Below are positions 54,804-64,000 of a stretch of DNA of 64,000 nucleotides, piece after piece. Source of the DNA: Coraliomargarita sp. (lineage in GTDB: Bacteria; Verrucomicrobiota; Verrucomicrobiia; Opitutales; Coraliomargaritaceae); assembly GCA_965216325.1 (NCBI GenBank), contig OZ244160.1:2560001-2624000 (forward strand), read 5' to 3'. Both the position numbers and the translations under genes were made by a program. Every line of letters starts with the position of its first letter. The stretch's first letter is position 1. The notes under the pieces are model-generated. The model was given only the letters and a program-made list of their open reading frames with translations. It ran no database searches and was not told where the DNA came from.

Positions 54804-57617
54804 TCACTCTGATTGGAAGCTATACGCCTCGAACGCAGCCTTATCGACGGACTTCTCGATGCCGTCAGGAAAGAGCGGAGCAAAGTCATCGTAGTCTTCA
54901 CGCACATCGGGGTTCGGTGGCCAGAAGACCCCGGATTTGATTTGGCCGATGATGGCTGCGGCGCAGGCGCGGGCTGAGTCTAGATGGTTTTGCGTGAAGT
55001 CTTCCCAGCGCGCGAGGCCGCTTTTATCGAGAGTCTTTGCCAAGTTGAAGTAGGCGACCGAGGGACGTGTTGCGCCACTTTGCTGTTGCGATAAGACATA
55101 GAGTGGCAGCTGTAGATCGACCCAACGATAGGTTTTACCCTCGTGGTCGAAGAAGGCTGCATCGGGCAAGTGGGCCGGTGGTGCTTTTTTTGCGACTGTT
55201 TTGAGGTGGGCCTCTTGAGGGGTCTTTGCGCTGTCGGCAGTTTTGTAGTCAATCAGTTCGAGGCGGTCCCCACGTTGGTCGATGCGATCAATACGTCCAC
55301 GAATCGGCATGCCTGCAATGTCTAGGTTGAACTCAGACTCTGTAGCCAAAATTTGGATACTTCCGTTGGCTTTGATGTCTTCGAACTGATGTTCGGCGAA
55401 GGCATTGAGACGGTGGAGCGCTGCTTCTTTCTGAATGCGCAGTGCGAAGGAGAGTTGCTTTCCGTAGCGATGCTGCATCAGGCGCTCGGCGATGGCGTGC
55501 AATGTCTTGATCAGCTCTTGTGGACTTTTGGCCGTTTGCACTTGCTCGCTACTCAACAGATCGAGGGTGTCGTGAACGAGGTTACCAAAGGTGGCCGGTG
55601 TGAGTTCGCGTGAGGAGACATCGACTGGGCGCATATGCAGTATATGACGCAGGAAGAAACGGAAGGGGCACTCCAGATAGTTCTTGAGTGCGCTCACTGA
55701 TAGTTGCTCCGGAAGCGTAATGCCTGGAGGGGGGCTGAGCTTCCACGGGGCGGCATGTGTCTGACTGCTGTGAGTCTTATCGCTTGCGCTGAACAGCGCA
55801 CGAGTGCGTGGCAGCAGGCTGTCTGGTGGCCCGAGAAAAAGTAAGCGAGATGGCTTCAGTGGCGTTGCATCGGCAGCTGTCTGCGGCACGAGTATATCGA
55901 TGCGTCCGTTTGCTTGGGCGCGGCGGCGACACAATGCTTCGATCAAATACGCGTCACGGGCAAAGCGCTGTGCATTGGTGCGGAGACCAAGCGCTTCGCG
56001 CATGGTCTCCGGTAAGAAGGCATCGCCGACAACGGCCTCGGGCACGCTGCCTTCATTCATGCCGGCGAGAATTAGATGCGGTGCTTCGTTCCAGAGCAGT
56101 TCCAGCCAGCCGAGTAAGTCGTGTGCGTTCGATGGACGGTCGGGGTAGACCTTACTGGTCTTGAGTGCTTGAGCGAAGGTGCTGCGTGCAAAGTCTTGGG
56201 GGAGCTGTTGAAAACTGGCTTCGGTTGCGGCAGTCTGCTCAAGGAGTTTACGGACTGCTTTGGCACGCTCGGCAAAGGGGATCGAGTTCTCTGAACCGTT
56301 CTGAAGATTTCGATCGGCGTAGATGCGTTGCAGGGTGCCCGCCAGATGCGCGCTGAGTTGCTTGCCACGTAGCTGTTCGCGTAAGGACTGAATTTTGGTG
56401 AGCGCGACATTAAGCGATACCCAGTAATCGCCCTTGGCGGTGAAAGAGAGTAGGCCGTCGAGGTCTGCCGCTAGGTGTTGTTCGAAAGTCTTATCGAGTT
56501 TTTTGAGTAGCTCAGCAGTACTGGCTTCGGACTTGAGCCATGTCGTAAGGTCCGGATGCTGGAACAAACTGCGAAGTGTATGGATGCTTGGGCTGCTTGT
56601 GGTTGCGAGATCGCAGAGGCATTCAGCAAGTCGGCCGACGCTAGCGTTGTGAAGCGCTTCGCCTTCGGGGTCGTAGTAGGGGATGCCTGCTGCGCGAAAG
56701 CTCTCGGCGATCACCGGGTTCAGCTCTGTATTACTGAGTCCGATCAAGACCGATTCAGGCTCGGCGCCAGCGGTGAGTTGAGCGACCTTGGCGGCGGTTT
56801 GCTTGAAATCTTTTTGAGTGCTGAGTTGGCAGTTCCAAGCTTCGAGGTCGAGTGGCTTCTGTTGCCAGACCTCCGTGAGTGGCCGCCCCCATGTGTCGAA
56901 CTGCTCGGTTTGCTCGGCATAGATCCAGACTTCGATGGGGATTTGTGCATCGATCCGCTGAAGGGCTTGAAGGGGCAGGGCTTGTGGATCCGGGGTGGCG
57001 GCGAGAATGATGCGCTCAATGCCTGCAGGTGCACGGTATGTTTGGGCAGCCTCACGGCGGGCCTGCTTTGGGTCACGCAACTGTCTACTGTGCAGTTGGT
57101 CCAGATAGAGTCCTTCGAGGCGGGCGAGTTGATTCCAGCGCTCGCTTTCGAGTGCGACCTCGGCCGCTCGCTTCGCCGCTTCGTCGATGCTGAGGCCCTC
57201 TTCGCCGAGTTCGTTGCGCAGCTGGATCAGGCGATGGGCCATGCCGAGTTGCCAGCTGAGTGAGGGTTCCGGTGCAACCGGAAAGAGCGCCTGAAAACGG
57301 TCAAAGCTGATCTTGCTTAAGACTTCGACCCAGGCGGCGGTGCATTGACTTTCATTGGCAATGTTTTCGTCGGTCGCCTTTAGTGCTTCGGTGAGTAATA
57401 GGTCCGGGGTGACGATTTGCGGGGGCAGTAGACCACGCCCATCGTTTGCGAGCTCGAGCGCGAGTCCTTCGCGTAAGCGACGGCCGGACTGTCCAGTTGG
57501 CACGATAACCATTAGGCTACCTAGGTCGACAATTGGCCCGTGACCAAAGCTGAGGAGGCGCTCAGTAACCTGAGGGAGTAGGGGGGCGTTCCAGTCGAGT
57601 AGCGTCGTTGTAGGCAT
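54804..57617 (-). CDS. AddB/RexB-like protein with a C-terminal PD-(D/E)XK nuclease domain
   Basis: VPTGQSGRRLRE, LSVSAL..YLECPFRFF, RGRIDRID, IDYKT and QLPLY; start set at MPTTTLLDW. Confidence 0.85.
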   Translation of the reverse strand: MPTTTLLDWNAPLLPQVTERLLSFGHGPIVDLGSLMVIVPTGQSGRRLREGLALELANDGRGLLPPQIVTPDLLLTEALKATDENIANESQCTAAWVEVLSKISFDRFQALFPVAPEPSLSWQLGMAHRLIQLRNELGEEGLSIDEAAKRAAEVALESERWNQLARLEGLYLDQLHSRQLRDPKQARREAAQTYRAPAGIERIILAATPDPQALPLQALQRIDAQIPIEVWIYAEQTEQFDTWGRPLTEVWQQKPLDLEAWNCQLSTQKDFKQTAAKVAQLTAGAEPESVLIGLSNTELNPVIAESFRAAGIPYYDPEGEALHNASVGRLAECLCDLATTSSPSIHTLRSLFQHPDLTTWLKSEASTAELLKKLDKTFEQHLAADLDGLLSFTAKGDYWVSLNVALTKIQSLREQLRGKQLSAHLAGTLQRIYADRNLQNGSENSIPFAERAKAVRKLLEQTAATEASFQQLPQDFARSTFAQALKTSKVYPDRPSNAHDLLGWLELLWNEAPHLILAGMNEGSVPEAVVGDAFLPETMREALGLRTNAQRFARDAYLIEALCRRRAQANGRIDILVPQTAADATPLKPSRLLFLGPPDSLLPRTRALFSASDKTHSSQTHAAPWKLSPPPGITLPEQLSVSALKNYLECPFRFFLRHILHMRPVDVSSRELTPATFGNLVHDTLDLLSSEQVQTAKSPQELIKTLHAIAERLMQHRYGKQLSFALRIQKEAALHRLNAFAEHQFEDIKANGSIQILATESEFNLDIAGMPIRGRIDRIDQRGDRLELIDYKTADSAKTPQEAHLKTVAKKAPPAHLPDAAFFDHEGKTYRWVDLQLPLYVLSQQQSGATRPSVAYFNLAKTLDKSGLARWEDFTQNHLDSARACAAAIIGQIKSGVFWPPNPDVREDYDDFAPLFPDGIEKSVDKAAFEAYSFQSE

Positions 57618-57622
57618 TTCGA

Positions 57623-57997
57623 CTAACGAAATAGTCCGATGACAGATTGTGCAATCTGCCAGTTGAGAAGAATTTCTGCGGCCAGATAGTGGTGCAGTCC
57701 AACGATGCACCAGTATGTGCGCTGAAAGCTGCGCTTCGAGGTCTTGTGGCGCAGCCAACGCTGTGCGACGAAGGCCGCTGGCCAGCCGCCGAGCAGCTCG
57801 AGTGTATGCAGTGAGGATTCGGGGGTGCGCCAGCCATTGCTCCGTGCGCGTCGTTTATCATGCCAATAGAGTAGCACGGTAATCACTGAGACCGTGCCAA
57901 GGTAGACGGTGACGATCTGCCAATTGGTTCGCGTGGTCAGTTTTACTAGCGCGACAGCTGGCAGAATTAAGAGAGGGAAAAAGAAACGAGTGGGCAT
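57623..57997 (-). CDS. DUF1294 family membrane protein
   Basis: YWHDKRRA...WRTPESSLH.LELLGGWPAA...RHKTSK. Confidence 0.9.
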   Translation of the reverse strand: MPTRFFFPLLILPAVALVKLTTRTNWQIVTVYLGTVSVITVLLYWHDKRRARSNGWRTPESSLHTLELLGGWPAAFVAQRWLRHKTSKRSFQRTYWCIVGLHHYLAAEILLNWQIAQSVIGLFR

Positions 57998-58035
57998 TGA
58001 GTTCACTTGTAGAGCTCCCGAGTAAAGCACCTACG

Positions 58036-58533
58036 TCATTCGATCTGAAAGGACTTTTCTAAGAGCAGTCGATCGCCTGAATACACTTGGAAGGTCCAGG
58101 TGCCGGTAACGATTTCCCATGGATAATCGAAGGTGTAGCAGGTTAAGGTGGGCTCACCGGAGATGACTTCAGCGGGGAAGGTTTCCTGGCGTTGGTTTTT
58201 GCCTGTTTTGGGATTCGTCAGCCCCGCAGGTGGATAGATGATGACTTCGTTCAGTTCGATGACTTCGTCGGTGTCGCTGTTGATGACATATTCAATGCCG
58301 AAGCTGACACCCGGTTCTGCGGGCACACGTGTCGTTTTCTTCAACCATCGCACACCGTCGACAAATGCGGATTCACCGGTAATGGCATCTGGGTTTTCGA
58401 AGGTTTCGGTATGGCCGAATGTGCACAGGCCGTAGTTCGTGACGTAGGCTTTGCGCGGTTTGAGGTGAAAGAAACCACAGCTCGCAATGCATACGACTAG
58501 GATCGTCAGACATTGAAAGCAGCGTTGGTGCAT
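58036..58533 (-). CDS. DUF3859-like exported protein
   Basis: VPAEPGVSFGIEY, YTFDYPWEIVTGTWTF and LLEKSF. Confidence 0.75.
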   Translation of the reverse strand: MHQRCFQCLTILVVCIASCGFFHLKPRKAYVTNYGLCTFGHTETFENPDAITGESAFVDGVRWLKKTTRVPAEPGVSFGIEYVINSDTDEVIELNEVIIYPPAGLTNPKTGKNQRQETFPAEVISGEPTLTCYTFDYPWEIVTGTWTFQVYSGDRLLLEKSFQIE

Positions 58534-58561
58534 GGGATAGAAGTTTACGATTCGGAGCGGC

Positions 58562-58867
58562 TTATAGATCGGCTAATATCGCGCGTAGCTCTTCCGCCGG
58601 ATCATCGTGGTGTTGCACGACTGCAAGCTCTAGAGCGTTTTCTAAAATAGGCTTGGCGGTCTCGGTTTGCCCGTCGGCGAGCAGTGCCTTGCCGAGGAGA
58701 ATACGTGCGAGCATCCAGTCGTCTCGTGAGTCTGCGCAGCGCTGTAAGTGTGGAATCGCCGCATTGGTATCTCCCTCATCATAGAGTGCTTGCCCGAGGC
58801 TGAAGCGGAAGAGCATGTTGTCGGGCTTGGCCTCGACTTTAGGGAGAAAGATTTCGGATTTTTTCAC
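58562..58867 (-). CDS. Small TPR-repeat protein
   Basis: RFSLGQAL and ARILLGKAL TPR-like helices. Confidence 0.8.
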   Translation of the reverse strand: MKKSEIFLPKVEAKPDNMLFRFSLGQALYDEGDTNAAIPHLQRCADSRDDWMLARILLGKALLADGQTETAKPILENALELAVVQHHDDPAEELRAILADL

Positions 58868-58879
58868 GGTAAATTGGGT

Positions 58880-59599
58880 TTAATCGACGATGCCAACGAT
58901 GATGGTGATGTTGTCCGGGCCCTTATTCTGGTTCGCGGCATCAACCAGTTGTTGGCAGATGACTACAGGGTCGTCACCTGTTTTGAGAAAGTCGTGTATG
59001 GCGTCGGCACTTAGAACTTTATTCAGCCCATCGGTGCAGAACAGAATACGGTCTCCGGGTTCAATGCGCACGCGCGTTGTATCCACACGTAGTTCCGCAT
59101 CGTTCTGGCCAATACAGCGAGTGAGGGTGTGCGGATATTCAGGCGGCATCGTTACGCGGGCACTCTCTCCGATACGGTCAATCAATTCCTGAGCCATCGT
59201 GTGGTCGCTGGTGATCTTCTCGAGTGTGTTGCTGTGTTGAATGTAGGCAGCCGAGTCACCCACGTGAGCAATGTAGAGGCTGTCCTCCACCAGTTGGCCG
59301 ATGGTCAGGGTGCTGCCGGAGCCCGTGAACGGGTGTGCTTCCATGCTTTCGCGCACGATGATGCGGTTGATCTCGATGACTAGGTCAGCAAGATTGGGCC
59401 GTGCGTTGAGCGAACCGATAGTTTCGAAAGTCTTTTGCAGTAGTTGCACGATCCGTGCGCTGGTTTCGGCACCGCCGGGAAGTCCACCCAGTCCATCGGC
59501 GACAGCGTAGACCTGATGCGCTTCATCGATGAGGTAGGCATCTTCATTGGTTGGGCGCACAAGTCCCGGGTCGGTTAGGCCTGCGAGGCGGATATGCAT
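58880..59599 (-). CDS. PP2C family Ser/Thr protein phosphatase
   Basis: R.TNED, VADGLGG, HVGDS, CTDGL and GPDNIT. Confidence 0.93.
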   Translation of the reverse strand: MHIRLAGLTDPGLVRPTNEDAYLIDEAHQVYAVADGLGGLPGGAETSARIVQLLQKTFETIGSLNARPNLADLVIEINRIIVRESMEAHPFTGSGSTLTIGQLVEDSLYIAHVGDSAAYIQHSNTLEKITSDHTMAQELIDRIGESARVTMPPEYPHTLTRCIGQNDAELRVDTTRVRIEPGDRILFCTDGLNKVLSADAIHDFLKTGDDPVVICQQLVDAANQNKGPDNITIIVGIVD

Positions 59600-59637
59600 A
59601 CTCAGAGTGTGACGATTCGAAGGATTCTGTGAAGTCG

Positions 59638-61713
59638 TTAAAACGCGAAATTTGTAAAGACCTCATCGCGATTATAGCGATCGAAACGCTGGTAGTCCGG
59701 CGTATGCAGTGCATTGAGGAAACGCCCTCCATAGGTCTTGGTGAGAATACGTGAATCGAGCACCACGATGTTGCCTTTGTCTTCGTCGCGGCGGATCAGG
59801 CGCCCGATACCTTGGCGGAAGCGCACCAGTGCTTCCGGCACGGCTAGGTCGGCAAAGGGATTGCCGCCTTGGGCGCTAATGGATTCGCTGCGTGCTTCGC
59901 TCACTGGGTGACCCGGGTTTTCGAAGGGCAGTCGGGCGATGATGACCTGTGAGAGTGCGGGGCCGGGCACATCGACGCCGGTCCAGAAACTGTCGGTGCC
60001 AAACAGGATGCCGTTGCCGGCTTCGGCAAAGCGCTGTGTGAGCTCGCTGCGGGCATGACCATGGCCTTGAGCAAAGAGTGGACGCTTGATCTTTTGGAAG
60101 AAGGTTTCGGTGCGCTCGCGCACTTGGCGAAGGTCGAAGTGACTGGTGAAGAGTACTAGGCTGCCGCCTTCAACGCGTCGGCTACACCAGCAGATCATGT
60201 TAGCCAGATAGTCCAGATCCAGCCGACCTTTGCTAGGCTCGGGGGCAGGGGAGTCGGTTGCGATCAGAACGCGGCAGTTTTCTTTGTAGTTGAATGGTGA
60301 ATACTCGACCTGTGTCTCGGCGGCTTGCGCGCCGACTTTCTCTTGAAAGCTGTCGATGGTTTGGCCGTCAGAAAGTGTCGCACTCGTCAGCACTGCAGCG
60401 GTCTTGCGGCTAAAAAGTGCTTCGCGTAGGTAGGGGGAGACATCCAGTGGCGCACTGCGGAGGGTGACGATTTGGCCTTTCTTGCCACTGCGCTCCAGCC
60501 AGTGCACATGGTCGTCTTCGGCGAGCCGAATGAATCCGTTGATCGTATCCTGATAGCCAAGCATGCGGCGGCGGTGGTCGCGCAGCTCGTCTTGGGCGCG
60601 CTCGTCGTCGGTGTCCTGAATGATCTTACCCAGGCGCTCCGCGACTTCTTTGAGGGGGCCGGAGAGAATATTCTCGCAGAAGTCCGGCTCGTGGATACGG
60701 CGAATACTTTGCTTGGTGAGGAAGAGCTCTTTCAGCGAGGCAAAGAACTCGCCTGCGCCGGCGATGGCATTTTCGACCGCCGCGAAGTCCCATTGCATGC
60801 CATGCTTTTTCAGTGCGCCGCGCCCGGTGCGTGGGTTGAATAGACGCTTGAGCGCGCGATCGACTGCATAGGAGCTGACGTGAATGCCGAAATGGTCAGT
60901 CGCAATGGCCGGGATGCGATGGGCCTCATCGAGCACGACAAAGTCGTCGGCCAGGAGGATGCCACGTGCATCGCCTTTTGGAGGCATGCCGGCGTTGATG
61001 AGTGAAAACAGCAGGCTGTGATTCACGATCACGCAGTTGGCACTCATCAGCTGCTTGCGGGCACGCTGATAGAAACAGATCGACGAATCACAATTCTTGC
61101 GCGAGCAGGTCGAACTGTCCGCGTTGACGACATCCCACACGTCGGGGAGGGGAGGTGGGGAAAGTTCCTGAATCACGCCCTGCTTGGTCTCGGCGGACCA
61201 TTTGGCGAGGCGGATCAGGTCTCGTTTACCCTCGTCAGGGAGCAACTCGGTCTGTGCCGACTTGGCGTCCTTGAGTGCATTGCTCAGTCGGGTGGTGCAG
61301 CAGTAGTTGCCCTTGCCGAGCATCAGTGCGGTTTTGAAATATGCGTAGCGACCGAGTTCGGGCACCGCTTTGAACAAGTCCTCGCAGATCTTGAGATCCT
61401 TATTCCGGATCTGCTCCTGCAGCGTGATCGTATGGCTGGAAATGATGAATGGGCGTTCGCTATCGACGGCATGGATGATGCCGGGAATCAGATAGGCCAA
61501 GCTCTTGCCGACTCCGGTGCCCGCCTCGAAGAGTAGTGGCTGATCGCCCTCCAATGAGCTGGCGACCGAGAGCGCCATGGCGGCTTGCTGCGGACGGTAG
61601 TCGAGCCCGAGGACGGTTTGCAGGTGGCCGCCCTCCTTGAAGACCGCATCGACCAACTCCACAAGGTAGCCTGCCTTGCGTGGGGAGCCGGTGTTTTCGA
61701 TGAGACCTATCAT
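59638..61713 (-). CDS. DinG/YoaA family ATP-dependent helicase
   Basis: EAGTGVGKS, Fe-S Cys residues, DEAH, LFTS, FWTGVDVPG and QGIGRLIR. Confidence 0.94.
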   Translation of the reverse strand: MIGLIENTGSPRKAGYLVELVDAVFKEGGHLQTVLGLDYRPQQAAMALSVASSLEGDQPLLFEAGTGVGKSLAYLIPGIIHAVDSERPFIISSHTITLQEQIRNKDLKICEDLFKAVPELGRYAYFKTALMLGKGNYCCTTRLSNALKDAKSAQTELLPDEGKRDLIRLAKWSAETKQGVIQELSPPPLPDVWDVVNADSSTCSRKNCDSSICFYQRARKQLMSANCVIVNHSLLFSLINAGMPPKGDARGILLADDFVVLDEAHRIPAIATDHFGIHVSSYAVDRALKRLFNPRTGRGALKKHGMQWDFAAVENAIAGAGEFFASLKELFLTKQSIRRIHEPDFCENILSGPLKEVAERLGKIIQDTDDERAQDELRDHRRRMLGYQDTINGFIRLAEDDHVHWLERSGKKGQIVTLRSAPLDVSPYLREALFSRKTAAVLTSATLSDGQTIDSFQEKVGAQAAETQVEYSPFNYKENCRVLIATDSPAPEPSKGRLDLDYLANMICWCSRRVEGGSLVLFTSHFDLRQVRERTETFFQKIKRPLFAQGHGHARSELTQRFAEAGNGILFGTDSFWTGVDVPGPALSQVIIARLPFENPGHPVSEARSESISAQGGNPFADLAVPEALVRFRQGIGRLIRRDEDKGNIVVLDSRILTKTYGGRFLNALHTPDYQRFDRYNRDEVFTNFAF

Positions 61714-61864
61714 CCTGTGGAGTGTGCGTGAAAGTGAGCGTGTGCGCGATGAGTTGAGTGTAGTAAACAGATGAACAGTTCTTTAGGGACTTGGGAAGTC
61801 TGGAAGCTGAAAAAGGCAGAACTTTCGCAGTAACTTGCTGGAAGTCGCAGTTGCTGCAAATAGA

Positions 61865-61893
61865 GAAGCCCAGCTCCGGGGGAGCTGGGCTTC
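61865..61893 (-). terminator. Hairpin/terminator downstream of amtB
   Basis: gaagcccagctcc-ggg-ggagctgggcttc, perfect 13-bp stem. Confidence 0.75.
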
Positions 61894-61917
61894 AGGTTTG
61901 TTTGGGTGCTATCCTAG

Positions 61918-63306
<1,389 letters not shown>

Positions 63307-63325
63307 TTTGTTATTCTCTAGTTTG

Positions 63326-64000
63326 TTAGGAATTTGCGGCATCGGCGGTTGGAAAGAATCCCTCGTCGGCCATACTTTCAAGAAGGTGTTGGGTGGTGGT
63401 GTCGCTCTCTCCATAGTTCTTTAGGTCTTCAATGCACAGTGCGGTGCGCTGGCTGAGACCGATAGCGTTACGAAGCGTGCGCACTAGTTTGCTGTGCGAG
63501 AACTCTGCACGTGAATCGATTAGGTGTTGGATCGCACCTTCGGTAATCGACGACACGAGTAGGAACGGGTGGGCGGTGCGCAAGCTAGCAAGTAGTGCGT
63601 TGCAGATCGAAGGAATGTCTTCCGCACGCTCATCGAGTGAAGGCAGGACGGTGGCCGGGCGCTTGGCACGGATAGTTTGCACCACCTTGGCGACGCCTTC
63701 TTTAAACAGGGCCTCACTGCCATCGTGATGCGCGAGGATAATGCGCAGGTGCGGGTTGCGTAGGTTTTCGAGATATTCCAGAAAGAGGCTGACTTCCAAT
63801 GCAGAGGTTTCGTCTAAATCGTCGGTTTGCCCAATATAGCAATAGGCAGGTGTCTTTGCCTTTGCTGCGGCGCGTTCGACCTTTTCCAGGATGTCCGAGG
63901 ACAAGTCGTCGCTGGTGATGACATGCAGTGGTGTGCGGTCTGCGTTGACTTGGTAGTTTAATTCACGTGCAGCGAGTTCGAATTCCGCGCCTTCGCCTCC
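63326..64000 (-). CDS. Degenerate sigma54-activator-like AAA+ domain protein, 3' part (5' end outside the window)
   Basis: Frame open to the window edge: GGEGAEFELAAREL...LPSLDERAEDIP. Confidence 0.6.
   Translation of the reverse strand, partial: GGEGAEFELAARELNYQVNADRTPLHVITSDDLSSDILEKVERAAAKAKTPAYCYIGQTDDLDETSALEVSLFLEYLENLRNPHLRIILAHHDGSEALFKEGVAKVVQTIRAKRPATVLPSLDERAEDIPSICNALLASLRTAHPFLLVSSITEGAIQHLIDSRAEFSHSKLVRTLRNAIGLSQRTALCIEDLKNYGESDTTTQHLLESMADEGFFPTADAANS

Noticed and set aside
57618..57758. 47-aa N-terminal extension of the AddB-like ORF in the ORF track
   Set aside because: Overlaps the DUF1294 gene on the same strand; the ATG at 57617 fits better

Overview
Core-genome window of a bacterium that looks like a member of the Verrucomicrobiota, possibly Opitutales/Coraliomargarita-like. 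This placement is an inference from the LpxC-FabZ fusion, an OmcB-like DUF11 protein, extended S11/L17/SecY and no tuf next to fusA. The window is dominated by the str-S10-spc-alpha ribosomal supercluster (10.5-36.9 kb). That cluster is split between rpsJ and rplC by a ~7.8 kb accessory block (vapBC, an atypical ssb, a DUF1254/1214 protein, a small secreted protein and a mosaic WG-repeat protein), and a predicted secreted protein gene sits between rpsS and rplV. Two RNA-dependent mobile elements lie within ~5 kb of each other. One is an apparently complete class C group II intron (38914-40827) inserted just after an intrinsic terminator. The other is an IS110-family (IS1111-type layout) element (~42571-44030). 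Its downstream non-coding region can be folded by eye into two internal loops whose strands match the element's own junctions, making it a candidate bridge/seek RNA with an (C)AGG core; this is the top finding. The rest is housekeeping (sucA/sucB, trxB, pdxH, cdd, hpt, ffh, lpxC-fabZ, lpxA, a P1B ATPase, a NupC-family transporter, an AddB-like nuclease, a DinG helicase, amtB). There are also several families of intergenic short-period inverted repeats and GTAG-type REP-like palindromes. No tRNA, rRNA or CRISPR array was seen. All family assignments come from motif recognition by eye, not from database searches.
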